Source: Promethearchaeota archaeon (lineage in GTDB: Archaea > Asgardarchaeota > Lokiarchaeia > Sigyniarchaeales > SOKP01). From it: a stretch of DNA of 64,000 nt. Where the stretch lies: positions 1 through 64,000 of the forward strand of contig JBHLNS010000005.1 of the NCBI GenBank assembly GCA_048941285.1, in the 5' to 3' direction. The position numbers and the translations under genes were made by a program. Below are positions 1 to 9,055 of the stretch, piece by piece. Under the pieces are notes generated by a model. The model was given only the letters and a program-made list of their open reading frames with translations, was not told where the DNA came from and did no database searches. How positions within the stretch are numbered: position 1 is the stretch's first letter; each line of letters begins with the position of its first letter.

Positions 1-354
1 ACTCATTCTACAACCAGAAGTACAACAGGAAAACCAATTAGGAGGAGTCAAAGCAGAATAAAGCAAATAAATTTAAAATTATATCGGCCGAGAGCAGCAA
101 ACTTGACAATTGAGGATTTTAAATGTATTTTTTGTTTTCGACTACCAGAATCTCCTAAAGATAATGGCAGAGGAATCATTTTATGCCCAAATTGTAGATA
201 TCCTGCCCATGCAGATGAGTTTAAAGATTGGCTTAGAACTTCTGGTCTCTGTTCTCGATGTAATGCTCCTATTCCATTAAATTTTAAGAGAAATCCTAAA
301 ATTATTAGTATAAAAAATTATATGATTATTTACAAAGAATTTATGAAGAAATAA
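1..354 (+). CDS. C-terminal part of a protein with a RING-like zinc finger (5' truncated by the window edge)
   Basis: Frame is open from base 1 (THSTTRSTTGK...). Contains CIFC-x15-CPNC-x3-H-x2-E..W-x6-CSRC. Confidence 0.7.
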   Translation, partial: THSTTRSTTGKPIRRSQSRIKQINLKLYRPRAANLTIEDFKCIFCFRLPESPKDNGRGIILCPNCRYPAHADEFKDWLRTSGLCSRCNAPIPLNFKRNPKIISIKNYMIIYKEFMKK

Positions 355-366
355 TAGTAAGTTAAG

Positions 367-1329
367 TCATTCATTTTTAATTGTTACCTTTTTTTTTAAT
401 TCTCCTATTGACGTTTTCAATTCAGCATATACATTATGCGGGTGAATCGACTCAAAGCTTTCAATCTTAAATTTAATTTCAAAATTATCTTCCAAGTTGG
501 GAAAATCTCTTAAAATAAAGTTTTTTGCCATTTCTCGAATAACGTCTTCCGAAAAGAGAGGTTTTAAATGGGCACTTCTTACCAATTCTGCTTCTTCTGG
601 TCTTTTTAAAACGGATTGAATTTTACCACTCATAGATTCCTCTATTATACTTATTATGTCTAAAACGTCTATCTTATGATTATCTAAATCCTTAATTTGT
701 ACAATAATAGTACCTATAGATCTTTGATTATGGGAAGAAAATGGAAGAATATTTAATAGTTTATTAAGATCTTCTTCAGATATGTTAATGTCTTCCCTTG
801 ATTTAACTACTTCCTCTGCATATTCAATGGAAAGTTCTTTAGCACAGGGACATACTGTCATACCAACTGCGCTACCACCAATATAGTAATTAAAGTCGAT
901 ACGTCCGGAATCTAATCGCTCTGCTTTTACAAAAGAGCTTATATTATATGATTTCTGGATAATTCGCTCATCATTTTCTCTCACTTGAACAATTATTTTT
1001 CCATCTAATTTAACTTCAGCTTTAGAAGTATACGGATGCCGCTCCATTAGCTTCTTTACAATTTGATCTCCAACAAGTTCAATGGTTGGAGTTGGTTTAA
1101 AAATTACCTCATTAATAACCTCTTCTATAGTTTCTGAAGTACGAGACATATGAATTCCACGCTGCTCAGCAGGAAGATTAATTAATGCTGATATTTTTGG
1201 ATAAAATGAATATCTTTTATTCTCTTGGACTATTTCAACTTTTTTTTCTAATTCTACAATACCTACTTTATCAATAGGGATATCTATCCTCGAATCAGAA
1301 TCCTGCAAATCTGTTTTGAATTCGTGAAT
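367..1329 (-). CDS. mptA: GTP cyclohydrolase MptA (FolE2/GCH-IB family)
   Basis: RGIHMSR, MTVCPC, SHNQRS, F-S-EDVIR and ESIHPHN motifs. The ORF track starts at TTG 1308; an in-frame ATT at 1329 follows GGTG and is a possible true start. Confidence 0.9.
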   Translation of the reverse strand: MHEFKTDLQDSDSRIDIPIDKVGIVELEKKVEIVQENKRYSFYPKISALINLPAEQRGIHMSRTSETIEEVINEVIFKPTPTIELVGDQIVKKLMERHPYTSKAEVKLDGKIIVQVRENDERIIQKSYNISSFVKAERLDSGRIDFNYYIGGSAVGMTVCPCAKELSIEYAEEVVKSREDINISEEDLNKLLNILPFSSHNQRSIGTIIVQIKDLDNHKIDVLDIISIIEESMSGKIQSVLKRPEEAELVRSAHLKPLFSEDVIREMAKNFILRDFPNLEDNFEIKFKIESFESIHPHNVYAELKTSIGELKKKVTIKNE

Positions 1330-1435
1330 TTTAAGACACCAGGATCGAATAATAATTTTTTTTGTTCTATTCTTTAAAAGGATTGGAATAATATAAAATA
1401 TTAATTTCAGATAAATTTAGGTTGTCTAAGATTTA

Positions 1436-2605
1436 ATGGTAAATAAATATTTATTTTATGAATTTGCATTATTAGGAGAGGATTTAGATTTAAAACAGAA
1501 TGTAAATCTAGAAATCGATTCTAGTGGAAAAATTATAGAAATATCTTATGATAATATACAGAAACATATAAAAATTTTACCAGATTGCCAATCTTCCATA
1601 TTAATTCCAGGATTTATAAACTCTCATATCCATATTGGAGATAGTTTTGCTAAAGAATTAGGCTTTAATAAAGAATTAGGAGAAATTGTTGCTCCACCAT
1701 TTGGTCTTAAGCATAAACTATTAAGAGTGACACCAGAAGCCATTAAAGTTAAAGGAATTCAAAATGCTGTTCAAGAGATGCTTTCAAATGGAATTACATT
1801 CTTTATCGATTTTAGGGAGGAAGGAGTAAAAGGGATAAAACTCTTAAAAGAAGCACTTTCTAAAATTTCAATTAATTATTTATCCTTTGGTAGATTTATG
1901 GATGAAAGTGAGATTGGCTCTATTTTTGATTTAGCAGATGGAATTGGGTTACCTAGTTATGACCAAGTAAATTCATCAAATAGATCATTTATTTTATCTT
2001 CTAAACAAAAATTTAAAAAACTCATTGCTTGTCACTGCGCTGAAAATACTCGAAATGTTAATTTAATAAATAACATGTTTAAAGATAATCTTGTTGATAT
2101 AATCATCCATGGGACAAAATTTATTAAAGATGACTTAGAGAGGATAATTAGAAATAGGAAATCACTTATATTATGTCCTCGATGTAATGGATATTTTGGG
2201 GTTGGTTTTCCGCCAGTTAACGAGATTTTGCATTTAAAAATCCCCATATCATTAGGAACTGACAATTTAATGGTAAATAATACTGATCTATTTGAAGAAA
2301 TGCGATACTTTTATCGAATTTTTAGAGTCTTATCTAGTCATAATAAACATCTTCAGTTGACCTCAAAAGCCTTATTGAAGATGGTTACCATAAATGCCGC
2401 TAGAAATTTCTCTCTTGAAAAAGAATATGGATCTATTTCAAAAGGAAAATTTGCTGACTATTTTTTGATTAATCTTTGCGATCCAAATCTTTTTTCTGCA
2501 AAAATCGATTCTAATAATATATATGATTTAATTACTCAAAGGGTAAAATCTGAAAATATAAAAAAAACATATATTAAAGGAGAGCTAGTATTTGAAAGGA
2601 ATTGA
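1436..2605 (+). CDS. Metal-dependent amidohydrolase/deaminase (cytosine/5'-deoxyadenosine deaminase-like)
   Basis: PGFINSHIHIGD (HxH), HCAE, IIHG, LGTDN, TINAA and GKFAD motifs. Confidence 0.85.
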   Translation: MVNKYLFYEFALLGEDLDLKQNVNLEIDSSGKIIEISYDNIQKHIKILPDCQSSILIPGFINSHIHIGDSFAKELGFNKELGEIVAPPFGLKHKLLRVTPEAIKVKGIQNAVQEMLSNGITFFIDFREEGVKGIKLLKEALSKISINYLSFGRFMDESEIGSIFDLADGIGLPSYDQVNSSNRSFILSSKQKFKKLIACHCAENTRNVNLINNMFKDNLVDIIIHGTKFIKDDLERIIRNRKSLILCPRCNGYFGVGFPPVNEILHLKIPISLGTDNLMVNNTDLFEEMRYFYRIFRVLSSHNKHLQLTSKALLKMVTINAARNFSLEKEYGSISKGKFADYFLINLCDPNLFSAKIDSNNIYDLITQRVKSENIKKTYIKGELVFERN

Positions 2606-3260
2606 ACGCCCTTATATAATTTTGAGTGCAGCAATGACTATAGATGGGAAAATCGCATCAAAAACAGGAGATCCTGATTTATCTGATGAGCAGGATTGGA
2701 AAGAAGTCCATAAACTTAGGTCCGAAGTGGACGGGATAATTGTTGGGAAAAATACTATATTAAAGGACAACCCTAAACTACATATAAAATTCTATGAAAA
2801 TAAGGGTTATTATAGGATTATAGTTGATAGTAATCTTTCTATACCTATTGATTCTAATGTAATTATTTTTCAGCCAAATAGATATCCAACAATACTTTGT
2901 ACTACGGAAAATGCTCCTTTAGAGAAGATTAAAGAATTTGAGTCAAAAAATATAATAATATTAAAGGTTGGGAAAGGCACCAAGGTAAATATCATGGAGC
3001 TTATGTCACACCTTCATAATTTAGGTATTCACAGACTCTTATTGGAAGGAGGAGGCACGCTAAATTGGAGCTTTATTAAGAATAATTTAATTGATGAAAT
3101 AAGGTTAAGTATTGCCCCTTGGATGATTGGTGGGAAAGATGCAATTAGCCTTGTTGAAGGTAAAGGTTTTAAAACAATGGTTCAAGCACCAAGGTTTAAG
3201 TTGCTTGAAACTTTGAATAGGAATAACTATGTGGTTTTAAAATACAAAAAGACTGAATAA
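2592..3260 (+). CDS. arfC: 2,5-diamino-6-ribosylamino-4(3H)-pyrimidinone 5'-phosphate reductase (archaeal RibD-C/Rib7 type)
   Basis: AAMTIDGKIA, VHKLR..DGIIVG.NT..DNP.L and LLLEGGGTLN motifs. No deaminase domain. Confidence 0.88.
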   Translation: MKGIERPYIILSAAMTIDGKIASKTGDPDLSDEQDWKEVHKLRSEVDGIIVGKNTILKDNPKLHIKFYENKGYYRIIVDSNLSIPIDSNVIIFQPNRYPTILCTTENAPLEKIKEFESKNIIILKVGKGTKVNIMELMSHLHNLGIHRLLLEGGGTLNWSFIKNNLIDEIRLSIAPWMIGGKDAISLVEGKGFKTMVQAPRFKLLETLNRNNYVVLKYKKTE

Positions 3261-4369
3261 TGGATAATAAAAGTGAAATTAAAAGCTTAAAGAAGCTCTC
3301 ATTGAAAAAACTTCGAGAAAAGGTAAACTTAGTAAGAGATCAATTACCAATAGATAAGAAAAAGGTAATTACTTATTCTAAGAATTTTACACTTTCAATT
3401 TCAAATTACTGTGTAAATCAGTGTGGTTATTGTCATTATAATTACAGAATTCCCAAATTTAATGGGGAATGTAATGTAATGCTACTTAATAATGAAAAGA
3501 TTGTTAAGATAACTCAAAAAGGGCTTAAATCCAATTGTAAAGAAGCTCTTATAATGTCAGGAGAACGTCCTGGAAGTTTTCTTGAGATTAAACAGGAATT
3601 AGAGAAATTAAATTATTCTAATTTTACTGAATTTGTAAAAGATATTTGTATTTATTTACTCGATCTTAACCTTTTACCTCATATCAACTTAGGTTATTTA
3701 ACTTTTGATGAAATGAAGGAATTAAAGAAATTTACTGCTAGTATGGGCCTAATGCTTGAAAGTACTAGTTTAAATCTATTTAATAAAGGGAGGGTACATG
3801 AATATTCGAACGGAAAATTACCAGAAAAACGATTGGAGCATATTAATAATGCTGGAAAATTGAAGATCCCATTTACTACAGGTTTATTGCTCGGCATAGG
3901 AGAATCTATTGAAGATGTTATAAAAGACATCCAAACAATCAAACAAATCAATACAAAATATAAGCATATTCAAGAAGTAATAATTCAGAATTTTGTAAAA
4001 AAAAAATTTATACCATACCAACCTAAAAAGACAATTTCTTTTAAAGAAATGCTTAAAATAACAGGATTAGCCCGAATTATTTTTCAAAATGATATTGCTA
4101 TCCAAATTCCTCCAAATCTTATCGTTGGTTTTGAAAAAGAGTTTATTGAGATGGGTATCGATGATTTTGGGGGAATTTCTCCTTTTACATTAGATTATAT
4201 AAATCCTGAAAACAAATGGCCTCAAATAGATAAATTATATAAAATTTGCAAGGATAATGGTTTTATTCTAAAAGAAAGACTCCCTATATATTATAATTTT
4301 ATAAGAAAAGAAGGATTTTGTTCAGAAAGTATTAAAAAAGTAATTGATAATATAAATTTAGATGATTAG
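3260..4369 (+). CDS. cofG: FO synthase subunit 1 (radical SAM)
   Basis: ITYSKN, CVNQCGYC, LLPHIN.G, SMGLMLE, IPFTTGLL.GIGE, EVIIQNF, QIPPNL and D.INPE..WP motifs. Confidence 0.92.
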   Translation: MDNKSEIKSLKKLSLKKLREKVNLVRDQLPIDKKKVITYSKNFTLSISNYCVNQCGYCHYNYRIPKFNGECNVMLLNNEKIVKITQKGLKSNCKEALIMSGERPGSFLEIKQELEKLNYSNFTEFVKDICIYLLDLNLLPHINLGYLTFDEMKELKKFTASMGLMLESTSLNLFNKGRVHEYSNGKLPEKRLEHINNAGKLKIPFTTGLLLGIGESIEDVIKDIQTIKQINTKYKHIQEVIIQNFVKKKFIPYQPKKTISFKEMLKITGLARIIFQNDIAIQIPPNLIVGFEKEFIEMGIDDFGGISPFTLDYINPENKWPQIDKLYKICKDNGFILKERLPIYYNFIRKEGFCSESIKKVIDNINLDD

Positions 4370-5492
4370 TCCTCAAATTTTTGAAAATATCAATCAAGAA
4401 GTTAAAAACATTTTGAAAAAGTCTTTAGATTTTGAAGAACTCAGCCCACAAGAAGCCTTAAAATTATTAAAAGTAAGGGGAAAAGAATTTTTTGCTTTAC
4501 AATATGTAGCTGATCGGGTATGTTTTGAAAAAAAGGATAATTTTGTTACTTTTATTATAAATAGAAATATAAATTTTACAAATATATGTTATCAAAGATG
4601 TAAATTCTGTTCTTTCAGTTTACCAGCTACACATCCCAAGGCTTTTTTACTCAATATTGAACAGGTTAGAGAAAAAGTGATCCAAGCAAAAGTATTTGGA
4701 TGTACAGAAGTTTGTATTCAAGGTGGTATAAACCCCAATTTAAAGTTTGATTTTTATTTAGATATTCTTAAATGTGTTAAAGAAATTGCTCCAAATATGC
4801 ATACTCATGCTTTTTCCCCCCAAGAAATATATTATATGTCGAAATTGTATGACAGTTCCATAGAAGATACTTTAAAGGAATTACAAAAAGTGGGCTTAGA
4901 TTCAATACCTGGGACTGCAGCAGAAATATTAGTAGATAAAATACGAGATATAATCTGTCCTAATAAAATCAATACTTCCCAATGGTGTGAAATCATAACT
5001 ATTGCTCATAAATTAGGAATTCCTACGACTTCTACCATAATGTATGGACATATTGAGACATTGCATGATAGAATTAGGCATCTAGAAATTTTAAAAGATA
5101 TTCAAAAAGAGTCTTACGGGTTTACCGAATTTGTTCCATTACCTTTTGTAAAAGAAAACCCAATTTTATCTCAACTCGAAAATTTTCCTTTAAATTATAG
5201 TTATGGGATGGATGACTTAAAACTATTCTGTGTTGCTAGATTATTCTTGAATAATTTCATTGAAAATATTCAATGTAGTTGGGTGAAATTAGGTCCAAAG
5301 TTTGCACAAATTACGTTAAATTATGGTGTTAATGACTTCTCAGGTACTTTAATGGAAGAAAATATATCAAAAAGTGCCGGTGCAGAATTTGGAGAATATC
5401 TATCTCCTGAGGAAATAATAACTATAATAACTGGAGCAGGAAAGAAACCAGCTCAAAGAGATACCATATATAATATTCTAAAATATTATTAG
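4362..5492 (+). CDS. cofH: FO synthase subunit 2 (radical SAM)
   Basis: NRNINFTNICYQRCKFC, PGTAAEIL, TIMYGHIE, IQCSWVKLG and GTLMEENIS motifs. Overlaps cofG. Confidence 0.92.
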   Translation: MISPQIFENINQEVKNILKKSLDFEELSPQEALKLLKVRGKEFFALQYVADRVCFEKKDNFVTFIINRNINFTNICYQRCKFCSFSLPATHPKAFLLNIEQVREKVIQAKVFGCTEVCIQGGINPNLKFDFYLDILKCVKEIAPNMHTHAFSPQEIYYMSKLYDSSIEDTLKELQKVGLDSIPGTAAEILVDKIRDIICPNKINTSQWCEIITIAHKLGIPTTSTIMYGHIETLHDRIRHLEILKDIQKESYGFTEFVPLPFVKENPILSQLENFPLNYSYGMDDLKLFCVARLFLNNFIENIQCSWVKLGPKFAQITLNYGVNDFSGTLMEENISKSAGAEFGEYLSPEEIITIITGAGKKPAQRDTIYNILKYY

Positions 5493-5537
5493 TTAAGTTT
5501 TTTTAGAAAATTCTATTGAATAGATTTTTAATATTTA

Positions 5538-7403
5538 TTAATGTGGTTCACTCGACTGTAATAAATCTAATACATAACTTTGAGCGATTAAATCTGAGTC
5601 AACCTTTCCCAAAACAATACCTTCTTCAACCACTGGCATCGCTGAAATTTTATATTGCTCTAATTCACGTACGATATCTAAGATTGTAAAATTTGGTTTA
5701 GCCGTGATAACTTCCTTTGTCATTATTTTATCAAGTTTAGCATCCATATTACCTTCAGCTATGGCTTTAGTAATATCCCAATCTGTGACAACTCCCACTA
5801 ATTTATCCTCTGATAGAACAGCAATGATATCACTCAATTCTTCAATTATTAAAGACGCTGCTTCTTGAATTGTACTACTAACATCTATGGTTGGTATTGG
5901 AATCATAATATCTTTTGCCGTTCGTTCTCTTTCTTTAGCTGTAAGGCGTTGTAGGCTTATTTGTTCAGCAGCAGTACATGGTAACATATCTGGATGACCT
6001 GAAAGCAAATCTACAAGTTCAACCATATTTTTACGAATAACTTTCTCTCGATATTCCTCGCCTGCTTTTAAACGTTGCTTTGATAATTCAGAAAAATCAT
6101 GTGCATGATCTTTTAACCAATTTTCTACTGCATTACGATCACCTAGTATTTCTTGTGGAAATTGTAAACGATCTGGTGTTCTCAAAATGTGTTCTTGAGC
6201 AGCAAATATGACTCCTCCTGAATTAACTAAATAATCATTTGCAATCATTACTCCTTTTTCCCTATACACAATTTGTTCCATCCGGATTCTAGCGGCTTTT
6301 CTATTTGGATCAGGAGAGTAAGTATTGGCACCTTCTATAATAACTGCCCATTTTCCCATTCGATCGACAGTCATAGAGGGATTTTCAGATTTTCTAACGC
6401 ACAAATAATTAAAAACTGGAGCTGCTGGGATCATACAAAATGCGTTTTCTAGGAGTAAATTATCTGCTTTTGTAGAAAATTTAGTTGGATGTTTATATCC
6501 TTCTGAAATTATTTGATTTTTAAAATAGGGATTAGTTACTAATTTTTTTTCCTTCCATAAGTTAAATAACTCCATGATAGGCAATCCAGATTCATTATAT
6601 AAATAACCCTCCAAATCACTAATTCCAATAATTTTAGCATCAGGTAACCTTTCTCTTAATATTCGAGCAGCATGTGCGCCAACTGCTCCAAATCCTTGAA
6701 TTATTACTGTAAGATTATTTATATTAGGAATCTCCAAATTAACGAATTGTGTTAATATTCTTAATCTCGGCATAATTTCTAATAGCGTTTGCAAAGCAAT
6801 TACAACACCACCAGCAGCAGCACCAAGTTCATCAATACGATTTCCTCCCATATCAGCAGGTTTTGACAGCGCATTATCTAACCCATTTTCAATAGCAATA
6901 GTCTTCATATCAGCATCATTAGTTCCTACATCTGGTCCTGGGAGATAAATATCATTATACCTCCGTATCAATCGAGCAAAACCACGTACAATTTCAGTAT
7001 GTTCTTCATGAGAAAGTTCTCTTTCTGCAACTATTCCAGCTTTTCCACCACCATAGGGAAGATTAGCAGCTGCATTTTTCAAGGTCATTCCTCGAGCTAA
7101 ATTATATATATCAGAGGGAGTTATATCTGGTAGCATTCTTATTCCTCCCATAGAAGGCCGTCCCCCAGCGAGAGAATCGACTACTACATATCCACCAATT
7201 TCTAGCGTTGAGTTCTCATCCCATATGCAAGCAACTAAGTATGGACCAACATTATCCCTGATTATCCCTAAATGTGTTAAAAGATGCACATCTAAATTTC
7301 CAAATTCTAAATAGCATTTTCCATTATCTTTTTTTAACCGAGCTTTAAAAGTAGCTCTAGGGAGATTTTCATTAAGAAATGCTTCCATTTTTTTAGGGAT
7401 CAT
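5538..7403 (-). CDS. Glu/Leu/Phe/Val dehydrogenase with a C-terminal CBS pair
   Basis: GGIRM, MTLK, GGGKAG, GPDVGT, GFGAVG, EGAN and NSGGV motifs. C-terminal CBS repeats (LVGVVTDWDI, ISAMPVV). Confidence 0.88.
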   Translation of the reverse strand: MIPKKMEAFLNENLPRATFKARLKKDNGKCYLEFGNLDVHLLTHLGIIRDNVGPYLVACIWDENSTLEIGGYVVVDSLAGGRPSMGGIRMLPDITPSDIYNLARGMTLKNAAANLPYGGGKAGIVAERELSHEEHTEIVRGFARLIRRYNDIYLPGPDVGTNDADMKTIAIENGLDNALSKPADMGGNRIDELGAAAGGVVIALQTLLEIMPRLRILTQFVNLEIPNINNLTVIIQGFGAVGAHAARILRERLPDAKIIGISDLEGYLYNESGLPIMELFNLWKEKKLVTNPYFKNQIISEGYKHPTKFSTKADNLLLENAFCMIPAAPVFNYLCVRKSENPSMTVDRMGKWAVIIEGANTYSPDPNRKAARIRMEQIVYREKGVMIANDYLVNSGGVIFAAQEHILRTPDRLQFPQEILGDRNAVENWLKDHAHDFSELSKQRLKAGEEYREKVIRKNMVELVDLLSGHPDMLPCTAAEQISLQRLTAKERERTAKDIMIPIPTIDVSSTIQEAASLIIEELSDIIAVLSEDKLVGVVTDWDITKAIAEGNMDAKLDKIMTKEVITAKPNFTILDIVRELEQYKISAMPVVEEGIVLGKVDSDLIAQSYVLDLLQSSEPH

Positions 7404-7483
7404 AATTTCAATCTATTTTAAAAAGTTTAGTTCATAGGAGTATGCTATATAAGTTTAATAATTATTTAAATTTCTACTCTATA

Positions 7484-9055
7484 CTATTCATCTTGAATAT
7501 ACGGTTTACCAAAAATTAAATGCATTTCTGCCTTTTTTAATTCTCTCCCTAAATAATTCAAGTGATAGATATCCTTTGTTAAATTGTATTGAATTATTTT
7601 TTTGCTTAGAGCCTCAGCATTATCTCCTATAAACGTATGAATTAATAAGTCATCAATTGAGTAAAAAAGAACATAAATTTTTTTCAAATAATGATTCACA
7701 TAAATTCTAAAGTAGCCAGATTCATCAGGGATATAATCATGGGCATTTACATCTACTTCAATAATTTTTTCTTCATTTATTTCCGCCATCTCTTGGTTAA
7801 TTTTTCCTTTGGCTTTAAAGACTTTAATTCCTTGATTGATGGGCGGAGTATTTTTATATTTTGCTATATAATTTAATTTAACACTTTCTTTTAATTCTCT
7901 TACCCCTCCCATTAATTTAGCACTATGTTCAACTGTAAAAAGAATACCCATATCTAATTCTATTGAAATACTCGCTAAAAGGCCATTTATTCCTACTGAA
8001 TCAATATCCATAAGTTCCACTACGTTTGAAATTCCAAAAAATAATGGTAATTCATATTCTTTATATTTATTTTCAGCAACTTTCTTTTTATATAAAAAAT
8101 AAGCTTCTAAGGAATTAGTAATTCCGGGATTTATAGGGGTCTCTAATAATGGATCAGCAATTAATTTGGTATATCCCTTACTAATTAATTCTCTGGTTAA
8201 TTTAAATAAATTTTGGACTCTTGTTTCTGCATCTTTTGGAAAATATGCTTCCTTGATATTAGTAGGGAGTATAACAATAGGTATATTCTTAGGTATGTCC
8301 ATTAATTCCTTATAATTTCCAAGATCTAGACTTAAAATGAGATCCACATTTTCTTCTACAGCAGCATTTATTTCTTCTGGGATCATTGAATCGATGCTTA
8401 TTAACACGTCATAATTCTCCCTGATTAATTTAATTATTTTTTTAATTCTTTCGGGTTTCGGTTTATTAGATATACACCCAATATCAATAATATCTGCTCC
8501 AGAATTGATATAATGCTTTACTTTTTTTAGAATATTTTCATTGCTTTTATCTGGACAATTTACTATTTCAGCAATTATAGGAGGTGGTAAATTCCTTCCA
8601 ATCATTATATTAGATTTTTCTTGATTAATATAATACGTATGAATCCCTAAATCATTAACTGCTGAGTTTAATTGTTCTCTCACTATTTTTTTAAATTCAT
8701 TTTCTCCCGAGATTTCTAATAATATATTTGCGGGTATTATATTAGATAACTCGAGCTTTTCCAAATTATTTAGAGTGTAAGGTAAATCAGATGCGAATTC
8801 TGGCCCCTTCCTAATTTTTATTGAATATCTCTCTTCTAACTCACTAGAATCCCACTGTATAAAACCGGGCAATAATACTAAATCATATTTAGAGGTTTTA
8901 ACTTTTTCTAAAATATTAGAAACGCTCATTTCTGTGAGAAATGCTGATATTGATATTGGAGCTTTTATTATATCTATTGTATGCTTCTTGATAGGAATTA
9001 CAACTTTTTCAATTGTATTATAACTTTGTTGACCAGTAATTATAAGAATTTTAAT
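7484..9055 (-). CDS. Dihydropteroate synthase-like protein (methanopterin pathway, MJ0107/MptH type) with a C-terminal DUF4346-like domain
   Basis: GADIIDIG, ISIDS, ADPLL, NVVEL.D.DSVGIN and HLNYLGREL.KAE motifs. The frame extends from ATG 8929 to ATT 9055, adding the family-like N-terminus (M)KILIITG...ISAFLT. Confidence 0.85.
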   Translation of the reverse strand: MKILIITGQQSYNTIEKVVIPIKKHTIDIIKAPISISAFLTEMSVSNILEKVKTSKYDLVLLPGFIQWDSSELEERYSIKIRKGPEFASDLPYTLNNLEKLELSNIIPANILLEISGENEFKKIVREQLNSAVNDLGIHTYYINQEKSNIMIGRNLPPPIIAEIVNCPDKSNENILKKVKHYINSGADIIDIGCISNKPKPERIKKIIKLIRENYDVLISIDSMIPEEINAAVEENVDLILSLDLGNYKELMDIPKNIPIVILPTNIKEAYFPKDAETRVQNLFKLTRELISKGYTKLIADPLLETPINPGITNSLEAYFLYKKKVAENKYKEYELPLFFGISNVVELMDIDSVGINGLLASISIELDMGILFTVEHSAKLMGGVRELKESVKLNYIAKYKNTPPINQGIKVFKAKGKINQEMAEINEEKIIEVDVNAHDYIPDESGYFRIYVNHYLKKIYVLFYSIDDLLIHTFIGDNAEALSKKIIQYNLTKDIYHLNYLGRELKKAEMHLIFGKPYIQDE

